64,000 nt of DNA from Vicugna vicugna (Eukaryota): NCBI GenBank assembly GCA_013265495.1, contig MU060707.1, positions 2,147,247 to 2,211,246 of the forward strand, given 5' to 3'. The number at the start of each line of letters is the position of its first letter. The first letter of the stretch is position 1. The position numbers and the translations under genes were made by a program. The notes under the pieces were generated by a model. It made no database searches, was not told where the DNA came from, and worked only from the letters and a program-made list of their open reading frames with translations. Shown in pieces: positions 1 to 12,380 of the stretch.

Positions 1-1471
1 TTCCATTCATATAGGCCCAAGGCTTGCATGCTGACTCATTATTCTCTCTGCACAGATCTGGTTCACGTACAGGCTTTTCACACTAAATAGACTTAAGATA
101 TGGAACGCTGAGTCCGTAGTTTGCCAGAAAATGGTACTATGAGATGACAGAATGAGGTGCATTTTTCAGACAAGCCTGTGTCAGCCTAGACCAGATATCA
201 GAATAGACCTGCTGGGTACGTGAGCTTCAAGACCACAGATCTGTGGTACATAAGTGCAGAGGGGATCGTGGGATCCTTCTAGGCTGGGGGTGGATGGTTG
301 ACATAAACCCCAGATCCAGGCCTTAAAAGAGTGTGAGATTGGGGCCTCTTTGCATGAAGGGATGGGATGAACAGTGCTAAGATCCTGGCAAACATTTGAG
401 TTATGACTCCAGCACCCAGGCTTCAGTAACAAATTGAGTTTAGGTGGCAGCTATGGCTTCTGGCAAAGCCTTGGGCCTATGAAGGTGGGGCCACAGTACT
501 GTGCTGGTCACCAGTCCATCAGGGGTTCCCTGCCTGCGAACGCTAGTCTCCTAGCAGAGGTAGTCACCTCAGGGCTCCAGATCCTTCCTCCCTGGAAGTG
601 GGAAGGCTGCTCCTGTACTCGGCTGGGCAGTGCCCACCGGCTCTGCACCAAGTCACTCATTTAGGGAGCGCAGCTGGGATAGGGGCCCCTGTGGTTGCAG
701 GCCTGGGGTTGTGCCCCCATCAGCTCGCTTACACAGGTGAGGAATGACATGCGTGGGTACAGTTCCTCTTTCTCAGATGTGTTTGGTATGTACTCTAGAA
801 TGTATGTAAAGGCCACGCCAACCTTAGTATGACTCTATTCTAGTAACATTCTTTTTTTGCCACAAAAAGCTTTGTTTCCATTTGGTCCATGGCTTGGGAG
901 GGAGCTTCAGGGTGGTTAAAAAGCTGCCTAGTAGGTGCACGGAGAGGCTCAGGCAGAAGCCCTTACACCAGGGGGTGCCAGAGGGGCCCCTGGACTCTGG
1001 ACTCTCTTAATGGTGCCTGAGGATGAGCCTTTCAAAGAAACTCACCCAGCCCATCCTGGAGGCTGTCCGGCTTGCAGAGGCTAGTCAGGTGACTGCCCAT
1101 CTTCTCAGTGGGTTTCAAGTCCTCATTAAGGGAGTGGCTCTCCAGGAAGTCAGAGATGGGTGTCTGTATGGGCAGACAAAAGACCCTGTTTCAGGTTTTT
1201 CTTCAAGGCTACAGCAGCTCCAGGGCATCCAGGGATGACCACTCACTTTGGGATGGCTTCTGCATGTCCTGGAATAGGGTATGGCCTCTGTGTTGGCTTT
1301 GCATCTTCAAGAGATGCTCGGCATCCTCGCAGTTTTCAGCCAGTTTACTGAAGTGTCCCAAGCCCTCCAGAGCCACATCATGGGGGTCAAAATAGAAGCC
1401 CAGAGAGAGAGGAGGTTCGCAGTTAAAGGCAGATCAAAGGGTGAATGGAGGCCTCCCTCTGGGGTAATTAT

Positions 1472-2141
1472 TGTCATAGAACTTAACACTAGCTTTAATG
1501 TGTGTGGGTGAGCAGAGCCATCTAGTGACAACAAGGGCTGTGCTGAGGGAAAGCGCCGTGTTTATGCAGGGCCAACAAGAAGTCTGAGCAGCTGACGCTC
1601 AACGTCCACAAGCCCGCAGAGGGTTTCAGGGAAACATGGCTTAAGGCAGGGTGAGGAAGGGGATTCTCAGGGTGCAGGATCAGCTTGTGCACAATTCTGA
1701 TTGGTTCCTGGTGGGATAACAGGGTGGCATCACGGGGACTGACATGATCCTCAGGCTCCAGCCAGTCTGGGGGCTACATGCTCAAGGTCATTGTAGGGTT
1801 AACTTCTCCCGTCTGGTGGGGGTTTTAGTATCTGTAAAAGCAACCTAGGAATGTGCACCAGACAGTGTTATCTATGTCCATGAGGGAGGCACTAAAGATT
1901 CCGTGATTGCTGTCTGATTGGTGCATTGTTAAAATTGTTACCAGTTCTCCCCACCCAAATGCTACTTCTCACTACATGTTCACATTCTTCCAATTGTTTA
2001 TTCTTGAGCTGAATTTTGTGACTCAGCGGAGGCCTGTAAGACTAAAGCTTTTCTACAGACAAGAGGCAGGGTGAGGTTGTGGTTGGGGGTGGCACAGGGA
2101 ATCTGTCCCAAGTAGGCCCCATAGGGTCCTGCTCTGTTACA
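1472..2141 (-). mobile_element. Solo ERV1-class LTR (MER34/MER39-like) inserted a few codons after the FTL ATG
   Basis: 670 bp with TG...CA termini and a perfect 4-bp TSD TTAT (1468-1471 and 2142-2145). FTL sequence rejoins across it. Subfamily assigned from memory only. Confidence 0.9.
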
Positions 2142-2291
2142 TTATGATGAATCATGGTTGATTGGCAATATAAGAGCTACGCTCAAAAAGTGGTGTTGCC
2201 TGGACGATGGCTGAGAAAATGATTCCGAAGGTTGTGAGTGGAAAAGAGCTTGGAGGTTGGTCAGAGGCTGGAAGAAAGTGTCCCTGGTTCC

Positions 2292-2322
2292 GTTCCGTCC
2301 AAAAGCTGCTGAAGCTGGAGAC
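2292..2322 (-). promoter_or_regulatory. Degenerate iron-responsive element (IRE) remnant in the FTL retrocopy 5'UTR
   Basis: The minus strand reads TCTCCAGCTTCAGCAGCTTTTGGACGGAAC against the FTL IRE TCTCTTGCTTCAACAGTGTTTG(G)ACGGAAC. The CAGUGN loop has mutated to CAGCUU, so it is predicted non-functional. Confidence 0.75.
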
Positions 2323-4644
2323 CAGCAGGACTGCAGGGCACATTCTGTTCTTGTTTGGAAGAACGTCCCTTTCTATCAAGTTGTTTAGCAGGGCCACAGG
2401 CTGCAGGCTCAGGAACGCTTCCTGGGGGAGACCTGGAGCGTGGACCTTGGGGAGACACCTGAGTAGAACACCAGCTGCCATTCTGGGCCTCCATTCATAG
2501 GTACAGAAAGACCTAGAACTGACTACGCAGCTCTAGAATTCTCTGTCATGACTGCACCCTTCAGGAACAAGGCTGGAGAAACAGATCCAGGGAACCCTCT
2601 TACATTCTCAGTGAGGCTGCCAGGACCCCAGACATCAGAGCCCTGAGTCCTTACCAAGTTGTGCATGGAGCAGGGACCTCATGCCGTGAGGCCCAAGCAG
2701 AGCAGAGTAGGGACCATGATGTGCTGCCCAGACCCCTCTTCAGCAATGAATCTTTTTGCCTACACTTTTGGAAAGGCCGCTGGCAGAGAGGCATCAGATA
2801 TCAACCCTCCATTTTATGTGTCTTGAATGCCATCCCTTCCTCCCCCCTCCTCCTGGGCACTGTGCCCAACCCACAGCCAGTCCATGATCAGTGCAGGGGT
2901 ATGACAGCCGGTCCTCCCATCCTAACCTGGGACGCCATGAAGGGCCATCCTAGCTTTAGTGTGCCCCGTGGGGTTGGCTGAGCCTTTCTGAGACTGTGTC
3001 ATGTTCAACCTCTCCCTCTGCCTGATCCTGCTTCCTTCCCTTCCACAGGGGTAACCTCCAGGGGACTCTCTAATAAGTTTCCTGCAGGTACCTCTCTGCT
3101 TTCCAGGGAACCCACCCTGGACAGCCTTCATTCCTGCCTCCACGGTCCCTTGTTGAGCAAGGATGGGTAGCCTGAGAGACTGGCTCATGTCTTCCATCTT
3201 ATGTCTCTGCCAGCCAGACAATTTATTGGTTACTCTCCACAAAAATAGATTGTCAACCTTGTTTCATGCAAAGTGGGCAAAGCTGCCTGGAAATCTGCCT
3301 GCTGGGAGGGCTTCTCACCTCCCATTCCCTTTCGGGCCCTCCACTGACTGGGGCCGTGTGACTGCTCCCCAGCGTAGTCTGTGCATCCATCTATAACCTA
3401 GGTGTGCACCTGTCCTCTTGGGTTAATTGTAAACACTTCAGAGTTGGGTGGGTTGAGAGCTGCTGCATCAACAGAAGAGGGTCCCATGGGATTCCCAACC
3501 ACCTGCTCATGCCCTGCGCTGTACCCCTGGAGTTACTCATACTTGGTCTTCGTTATCATACTTTGTGATGCTACATTGTGGTGCTTGCCTAACTTTGTGG
3601 CCCAAGAAACCCAGTTCATGATGGAAATATCTGATCCATCAAACCTGATGGTCATGCAGTGTTCTACTGTGAGGCTCTGGTTTCTACCAGAGCCAAAGAG
3701 CAACCCAGAAGCAATTATTGAGGAGAACTATTGAAGTGAGGCACGGCCTCACTTCAGTCCCTTAGGAATTGTGATTTTCTCACTAGGACCGTACAAGGCA
3801 CTTTATAGTGTCTGTTGCCCACAGACAACTCCAGTGTGAGTCAGCTGTGTCATGGGGCCCACGTGGCAGAGAGTACTCCTTCTCTGGGTTCCATGTCAGC
3901 TTGGAAGCTTGTGGATCACCTGGTGGATGAGTCGGGTGGTACCCCTATGTGGTCTGTGTTGCCTCTAAAGTCTAAAAAGTACCAAGAACTGGGCCACCTG
4001 CATCCTGGTTGTGTGACTTGTTCCTCACTTGAGAGGGAGTGTTCTAACATGCCAAGGCCGTTGCTGTGGCAGGCCTGAACCTTCAGGAGGCCCTCACCAA
4101 CTTCCGGTGCTCATCTGTGTGGCTAAGTCATCTAGAATGCTTGCTTCTTGTTGTTCAGCAGGTCTGAGCAAATAATGCCATTAGCATTATGGAGCAATCT
4201 GGTGGCCTTTGGAGTATCAGGACAAACATGACCCTTGCAGGCTCCATTGTGTCAGGGCAGGACAGTTCTTAGAACTTTGAGCATGGACAGTGAGGTGCGT
4301 AATTTCCACGCCAAGTGACGGCAAACTGCAGCAAGAGTGTATGTGACTGAAACTAGCTCTTGCCAGTCTGCTGACTGAGTCTGGCTTATATTTGCCCAGC
4401 TGGATTATAATACCAGCTGAATGAGGGTAAGGCTTGGCTGCAATTTGTTTCTCAAAGAATAACTTCTTGGTGGTCCCCACTTGGACATTCTTTGTTTACT
4501 GTTTCCTAAAGTGTGGCCACGTGACTGTTTAACAAGTGCTCCTTCCTGCCTTAGCAAGGAGAACTACATTTATACCAAAATATTGTGCTAGACCAGTTGT
4601 ATGAAGTCCTAACTGGTATTGGGTCAACAACTGTAGGTTCTTTT

Positions 4645-4790
4645 TTTTATTATTATTATTTTGGTAAGAAAACATGAGACTGACCTTGACAAACTGAGAT
4701 GCACAATTCAGTATTAACTGTAGGCATAATGTTATACAGTCGATCTCTAGAGCTTATGTGAAATTTCATACCCATCTAACAACTCCACTG
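4645..4790 (-). mobile_element. L1 (L1MA/MB-type) 3' end fragment
   Basis: A T-rich tail at about 4640-4665 is followed by the reverse complement of an L1 3'-terminal motif (cagtattaactgtaggcataatgttatacag..atctctagagctta). Confidence 0.6.
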
Positions 4791-5889
4791 AGCTTTCCAG
4801 TGGTTTCCTTGTATGCCACATGGTAAAATGGCATCTGAGGGGATGTTGGAGCACCTCCACAGTCTGCTACTAACTGTGTAGAGTTGACTGGTAAATTTCA
4901 CTGCAACTTCAAAAGGAGCAGTCATCTCCGGAGTGGGCGCTCCTGTCCCCCATGCTTTTGTGCAAGCAGTAGCTTTCCAGGGCTTGCAGTCTTTTATGCA
5001 GTGAAGTCATGCCTGCATATGGAAATCTGAACAGTGTCTGAGAACCTGAATGCTGATCTCAAATTGCTTACTTCCAGAGGTTCTTCATACACTGCAGAAA
5101 TGACAAAGTGACTTTCTGAATCTCAAAATGGCAGAGTGTCTTTTCCTAGAAGCCAGCAGAGAAGTCATGTCTATGCTTCCTGGTAATTGTTACGTACAAA
5201 ATGATTCTGCGGCTCTAGAGTCATTTCTGCCACCTCCTAAAATGTTAACAGTATTTACTTTATTTGGCATGCCCAGGTAATTTGAATGGATCTGAGTTGT
5301 GTCTATTTTTTATAATGGAAACTTCTTGTAAAAATTCAGGTGCTCAAGAAATTATCATTCATTAAGACATATCCTATCTGTGTATTCTGAAACTCTGTCC
5401 AGTTAACAAAACTGAGATTTTTTTTTATCGCTTGAGCAAATGTTATAGACAAGCAGTAGGCAGCATCCTCTCCTGGAACTCTATGGAGATTATTACATAT
5501 AAAGTAGGTTTACCAGGATGAGTCAGTTCACATAGTCCAGCTTATAGATCTAAGTCAGAAGAACTTTAAACTGTCGAGGAACATCTTAAGCAGATGATGA
5601 TGATGGTACAACTTTTGTTCTAGAGCCCTCTACCTTAGGGTGCTGCTGATGCTTTCAGTGTCAAGGATATAAAGCAACTTTCAGAGTTTAGGAGTATAGA
5701 TTTTAAGTTAGAAGCAGTAGAAAATGAGGCAAATCTGAGGAGAGCAACACTAAATATTCCTTTGAATCAACTGTAAATTTTACATGGAAAATGTTGCTTC
5801 TGTGTGTCTCACAGCCTTTCTTCTGGTGTCCTAGGAAAATGAATGGCTCTTTACCCTTTCCTGGCTCTTCTTCCTCTGCTTGGTAACCT

Positions 5890-6625
5890 AATAAAAGGAA
5901 ACCCTGGTACACTATTGGAATGTAAATCAGTACAGCCACTATGGAAAAGAGTATGGTTTCTCAAGAAATTAAAAATACAATTCAGCAATTCCACTTCTTG
6001 GTATTCAAAGAAAACAACTCAAAGTTATATACACTCCCACGTTCATCATAGCATTATTTACTATAGCCAAGACAGGTTGATTCCATAGGTGTTCACTGAC
6101 AGATGAATGACTATATATACACACACACATACTTACACATAACCACATAGGACCATTATTCATCCATGAGGGGGGAAAAAAACTCGCTATTTTCAACAAC
6201 GTAAGTGGAGCCTGAGGGCATTATACTAAATGAAAGGAGTCAGAAAGACATGTGCCTTGGGATGTTACTGCTATGGGGAATCTAAAATAAAGTTCATAGA
6301 TACAGAGAACAGATGGCTGTCTTGCCAGAGATGGGAGGCAAGGGGTAGGCTAAATGGCTGAAGAAAGTCAATGGGAACAAACTTGCAATTATACAATTGT
6401 GAGGACAGAATATACAGCATGGCAACTCTACTGATAGTGTATTGCATATTTGAAAGTCGCTAAGCATAAACCTTCAAGTTCTCAGGACAAGAAAAAAAAG
6501 AATCCTGTTGTCTGTAGCAATGGATACTAACTAAATTCATTGTGGTGATCATTTCACAGCACATGCAAACGTTGAATCATTGTGCTGTACATGTGAAATT
6601 AATATACGGTAGGTTAATATCCCAC
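5890..6625 (+). mobile_element. L1 3' portion (ORF2 end plus 3'UTR, L1MA9-like)
   Basis: Typical L1 3' motifs: gtacagccactatggaaaagagtatgg, cagatgaatg, catatttgaaagtcgctaag, ttgtggtgatcatttcaca. Confidence 0.85.
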
Positions 6626-6639
6626 AACATTTAAGAAGG

Positions 6640-9600
6640 AAGAGCAGAAGGCAATATGGAAAGGAATAGGAAGAAAGGTGAAACCTTGACCGCAGGCAGG
6701 GTGGGGGGTTTTTCAGGGATATGGGTGACCTATGATACATACAGGGATCTTAGGGACAATAGGAAAACATTTACCAGGAAGAAGGTCTTCTCTTGAAGTC
6801 AGACACGGTCAGCTCCACCTTGCTCAGTCACTTGGCTGACATGCGGAGGATGCCCTAGTACTTCATCCCATGGTGGGCTTTGTTCTACTCTGGAACGTGT
6901 TTCACCGTCTTGCCCAAAGGTGAAAGCTGAGTTCACAACCAAACGTGTGGTGGTAACACAAAGTTAGCTGCACTGTACTGTTCTCCATGGAGCATTCATC
7001 CAGTCCTTCCTGGGAGAAACCAGAACTTGAGGCTGAAACACAACTCAGGGCAGCAGTGCTGAATGACAAGAGTCTCCACAGACAGCTTCTGAGGTAGTTA
7101 GCACGCAATGGCCGAACTCCAATGCTCTACAACAGGAACTGTTCATTCTCCTCCTCACAGGGCTGTGGCTTGGTGGCAACAGCTCAGTTCAGGTGGGCTC
7201 CTCTGAGACCCAAATATGTATAATGGCCAAGTTCCACTGAAGATTTCCAAGCAGGGAGGTGCTTTGTTGGGTTGGCCCTGTTATGTCTTCAGCCTGCTCT
7301 GGGTGTGAGCAGCCCAATTATATGGAACAGTCAGACTCTGAACAAGAAGGAACTTGGTGACTCCATACCGTAAGAGAGGAGCCATATCCAAAAGGACTTG
7401 TTAGTTATGATTCTTTCCTATAAATGACTCTCAGTCCTGCTCACTGTGGTGCTCAGTTTTTGCGATTTGCCTGGACAGGAAAGCATTCCATCTTTCCCAA
7501 TTCACTTGCATCAGGACCAGGTGCAGGTACTCTATTTAGAGTGAACAGAGGTCCAGTCTGTTCTTGTATATTAAGCCAGGGACAGATGCCTGACTACTTG
7601 AAGCAAGTGCGCATGTGCTTCTTAAGTGGCTCCCTCTTACCAAAGGAAGCATAAGGAAGGGGTGTTGAAATGAAACACTTTCCCACTCTACCTCATCTAC
7701 CACAACTTGCTCCTCCCTTGAGTGGATAAGTATGCCTCCTTTCCTGCAGGAATGGTCAGCAGAGCCGTTCCAGCCTGCTTGAGTTTATGTTCATTTCTCT
7801 CAGCTTCTCTGGTATTTCTTTTTCTGAAAGGATAAACTAGAGATTGATTGAGGGGACCAAGAACTCAAGGGCCAAGTTACTCCCATACTCTGTATCTGAA
7901 AAGAGGCCATTATAGGTAAGAGTGTGGGTTCTTGAATTGCCCTGTTTTGTACCACAGCTTGTCTAGTCAAGGGTCGGAAAGTGGGATAACAAAGTACAGT
8001 CACCTCAGTTACTGTTTTTGTTCATCTGGAAGTATGTTAATTCGTTTTTGAAAGCTAATTTCATTGGTTAGAGAATTCTTGCTTGAGAGTCTTTAACATT
8101 TTGGATATACGGGTCTAATGCCTCCTTGTATTCATAGCTTCTGTTGAGAAGTCTGCTGTTAATCTTGTTGAGGCTCTCTCTTATGTGATGAACTGCTTTT
8201 CTCTTGATGCTTTTGAAACCTGGTAATATCTTTAAAGAGTTGGACTACGATGTGTTTAACTGTAAATCTCTGAACTTACCCTGTTAAGAGTTCATTGAGC
8301 TTCTTGACTCTGTCAAATGTTTGGTCAGTCATTCCTTTATATATTCTTTCTGCCTGTTTCTACCCTCTCCTTCTAAACTACCATTATATACATGCTGGTA
8401 TGCGTGTATATAATGGTAGTTTATATAGTGTCTGAGGTCTAATTTATTTTTTTTTTTCACCAGACTTTAATCTCAATCAGTCTATTTTCAAATTCGACTC
8501 ATTCTTCCAAGAGCTCACATCCACTATGGAGTCCTTCATAAGAATGTGTTATTGTACTTTTCAGCTCCAGAATCTGATTCTTTAAAAAAAATTCTATTTA
8601 TTGATATTCTCCACTTGAGACATTGTTCTCATACTTTTAATACTTTATGCATGATTTCCTTCTTTGAAGATATTTAAAATAGCTCATTTAGTTTTTTTTT
8701 TTTTATGGCAAGTACAAGTCTGGGTTTCCTCAGGACAATGTCTGACTGAATTTTTCCCTGTATGTGGGCATGTTTTGTATGCCTCACATTTGTTAAATTG
8801 GTTATTTTAAATGACGGGCAGCTCTGGGGATGATGGGCAACTCTGGGGGATTAAATTTCCTTAACCACAGGGTTTTTTTCTGGCTAATTAGTTTGTGAAT
8901 TTTCTAATTTCTGCAAGGTCTTAGTTCTTCATGTTTAGCCATTGAACCTTCTGTTTAGTTATCTTCGCTGACTAACCATTAGGTGCTGTGTATGTGTTGA
9001 ATATACCTTTAATTATCTGGCAGTTACAACTCTGCCTTAGACTTTACTCTGTACTGTGAGAGCCTCAAGGTCAGAAAACTAATTTCTTACTCCTTGCTAA
9101 GATCTCTTTATGGTATATGCACAGCCATGCACCTGTATGTGACCTTCTTAAGTCCCAGAAATAAACTGAAGATTTCAAAATCCCCTATGAATGTCACCTT
9201 CCAGCCTTTCCTTTCAAATTTTTGGTTAGTCTTTTATTTGCCCCATCTGGTAATGCTTTCTCAGACATCTGTTAAACAAACTTTTTTGACAATCAAACAG
9301 AGCTGGCTCACTGGAAACAACACTATTCCCTAAGTAAGTTCGACTAAAGAATCTCTGATAACAGGGCTTTGACCTGTCAGGTACATCCCAATAAAATAAC
9401 TACTAATTTCTGGAACAAAGGATTTTTATGAAGAGTCAAATTCAGTTCTGCCCTACAATGGCTGCTCTTTTTTACAGCTGCCTTTGTTGCAAGGCTATTG
9501 TTTTCAAGTCTGCTGCAAAGCTGTAGGGGGTGGGTATTGGAATAAGACAAGTTAAAATGTCACAATGCTCACTGTTTTTACTAAGTATTGGCCACATTTT

Positions 9601-11400
9601 TCTTGAATAAACTCTTTGGATTGTTGCATCTGGTTAACTTCCAGAGTACTGGAAAAGTTAACGTTGAGAATTTCTGTGATTGTACTCACTACTTTTATGT
9701 AGGAAGATTTTTGGAGATCCTTACCTTTCTGGTAATGTTTATTCCAGATGTGTTGACAATACAGGGGGAAGTTTTTCCAAAACTACTTTGCTTTGACTTC
9801 TGATCACAGGCCTCTGTGTGTAGGGGGGCGGGGTGTGACGCACATCATGAGACTGCTGGATAGAGCCTGGGCTGATGTTTTTCTTTCTCCTGACATGCCT
9901 GTTCCTTTGTCTCAATAAAGGGTTCTTCTTCATCTTAGAATACTTGGGGTGGTTCAAGGTGATGTTTATCATTATACGGTTGCCTGGAAGAAGTTTCCAT
10001 TCTAACTACCTCCATACAATTATCACTGGAATTTGATAACATGAGGAACACTGTCTGTTGTCCTGGGGCATTCGAGTCTTCCCTCAGAGTTCCAACACAC
10101 TTGGCTTTTTGATCAGAGGAGGCCAATTTCTCAAGGGATAGCATCTTACATTCACATAGAGGAAGCAAAAGGCTGAATACAGAAAGTTGATTAACTAGGT
10201 GTCCTCCATAGTGTTTTTAATGGATGCTTTTGGAAGAAATAGGGTTGTCCCAGATGAACTGAAGGCAGTGTCCAAAATAGTCAATGTCAGCATGTTCTCT
10301 GAGAAGGCAGGGGACCAGTCCAAGATTCACTGGAGCAGACAGAGTTCTGAAATAATTTCATTCACTATGGTCTCTTGATGCTGGGCTCAACTAACTTCAG
10401 GGAGGCAAAATTATGAGCCAGAAATGCTTCTCTTGAGAATGTAACCAGTGGATATAGCACATCCTCTTGGACCTCAGTGATAAGGTCACTGTGTTCTGAG
10501 GTGCTCTGTGCCCTGACTAACCCACAGAGGGAGTCAGATCATTTCAGCCTGGCTAGTTTTCATCTCAAGGGGTTTTGAGGTTGCACCATGATTTCTGAAG
10601 TTGCAATTGGCTTCTCATTTTAATTCTGAATTTCATTCTTCCTCAGAAATCAGAGCTCCAAATTGAGCCTTACTCATTGGTGGGCTATCTCAATGCTGAC
10701 TTGTTCACAGTTGCTATTAGTGGAGCTCCAGTCAAGATGGGTTGAAATGGGGAGTGGGCTTTCTGCCTGAAGCTTAATAACCTTTCTGAGATTTTGGTAA
10801 AAACCCAAGGGTTGAAAACCAGATTGAAGGAGTCTGCAGTGGGATGCAGATAACAAGTATTTTGCTGTTCTCCATGCTATGCCAAAAACACATCGGTACA
10901 GAGAATGTGGCATGGAACATGCCTAGCCTCTGCCACTCATTGCTCCCTGAAGGTTCTTCATTCAGGGGAAAGAGGGATGGGCTCAGTACCAGTGGAGTAA
11001 GGCTATCAAGATTCCATAGCTAAGCTCCCAACATCCATCCTCTTGTGATGCTGTCTTTTGCTCTCCTACAGAGATTCTTTAGACTAAGTATCTCATTCAG
11101 CCCTGCCTCCATTTCAACTTCCCCATCGTACCTGCCAGAAACAAATGTCTCTAATAATGGGATAATACTTCAGTTGCCTTGGATTCTAAGGATTGTTTTA
11201 CTTAAGTCTCATGTGTTTTAAATCTGCCATAAGGTGAATGTGCATTGTTTAACTAATTATATCTTCCTGAGAGATCCTGAGATTTTGAGATTTTGTTAGT
11301 CACTTTGGAAGAAATCTACAACTCATTTTTCCATTGGGGTGAAACACGGCTGCTCAGGTATTAAGTTTCTACACTTGGATGATTAGTTTAATACCAAGTG
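6640..11400 (-). pseudogene. Array unit U1 (contains an L1 insertion)
   Basis: 10430-10580 aligns with 24440-24580 and 32960-33110. Head motif at about 11061, acceptor-like site at 11132. The head lacks the ERVL LTR. Confidence 0.7.
8031..9570 (-). mobile_element. Old L1 fragment (L1MC/MD-type, 5'/ORF1 region)
   Basis: Reverse-complement L1 motifs such as ttctgttgagaagtctgctgttaatctt and ctcagctccagaatctg; T-rich. Confidence 0.75.
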
Positions 11401-12380
11401 GTACCTACCTCACTTTTAGTCCATGAGGAGAATTATAATCTGAGAACTTAATTTTTTCCCATTTATTATTTGAACTCTATCCTTCTTTGGGTTCTAGAAT
11501 AGTATTGATTTGAGCATTTTATTATTATTATTTTTTTTTTGGTGGGAAGAGTGTAATTCTTATATTCCTTCAACTCTTTCAGCTCTCATTACCTAGAGTG
11601 ATACCTGGTTCTTGTGTACTTTCTTCCCATTTAAAACGCCCATGCTTGAATCAAGGAGTTAAGAACAATGTGTTCTTAAACCCCTTCTCTTGCTTGCAGT
11701 CCTTGGCAGAACCTACTCTGGGAGGATTCCTGCAGTTGGAGTAGATACTCTCCTGATTCTCGAAGTGTACTGTTTCGAAAGAGATTTTACTTGGACTTTT
11801 GCCCACAGGGGTGCATACATATGGATGAAGGAGGGATGGGTTTTGACCCTGATCATCTGATCTCCTGCTGGACAAGCCTAGGTCCTCCTTTTATCCTTAT
11901 CTGCCTGACAATCCTGTTCCTTTTGTTTCAAAGTTCCGTCTCATCACAGAATATTTGAGATCATCCAGGTCAGGTTTTTCCCCTTCCCTGGAGGAGTGTT
12001 TTGCACCAGTTTACTGCAGGCAAGACCCAGTGGATGTTGATTACATAATATTTATTGTGGGGCTGAATCATCAGCGTCAACTCCCATACCTCTGGCTCTG
12101 ATTCAGGGTGTGTAGTTTTCTTCCATCATTATGGTGAAGGTCTGAAGACAGGAACCCATTAAGATTTGAGTCTGAGTTCTCTGCCAATAAGCCAGACTGG
12201 TTTTCAGTCTCTCAGTTGTTCTGAGGTGGAGCTACAACCCAGGTTGCCTGGAGGACTTGACACAGGCATGCCCTCTTTATGGAACTCCAGCTCTGGCATT
12301 CCTTACTGTGATGAGTGGGTGGAGGTGATAGTGAAAATCAGAGTAGGAACACATCTTGTAATCTTGCCATAAAGTTAGAG
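11400..12380 (-). pseudogene. Start of the next array unit, truncated at the ERV
   Basis: 11620-11900 aligns with 21630-21900 (cccatttaaaacgcc...gcagtccttggcag; aagcctaggtcct), at the same distance from the preceding head. Confidence 0.6.

Larger units (their letters stand above)
853..2339 (-). pseudogene. FTL: Full-length ferritin light chain processed pseudogene, interrupted by a solo LTR
   Basis: The minus strand reads [61 protein letters not shown] (stop at 1007-1009), colinear with FTL but with frameshifts. The FTL-like 5'UTR ends ...GCCAATCAACC-ATG (ATG at 2155-2153). The FTL-like 3'UTR has a degenerate polyA signal (AACAAA) and an A-tail at about 852-858. No introns. TSD ACATTCT at 846-852 and 2340-2346. 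Confidence 0.95.

Noticed and set aside
1023-1534. Cluster of ORFs on both strands; the 1307-1534 peptide first suggested an ERV env fragment
   Set aside because: All are off-frame or antisense readings of the FTL pseudogene and the LTR edge.
2152-2500. Overlapping ORFs of 77-109 aa as a small gene
   Set aside because: They are largely the FTL 5'UTR remnant plus flank read in arbitrary frames.
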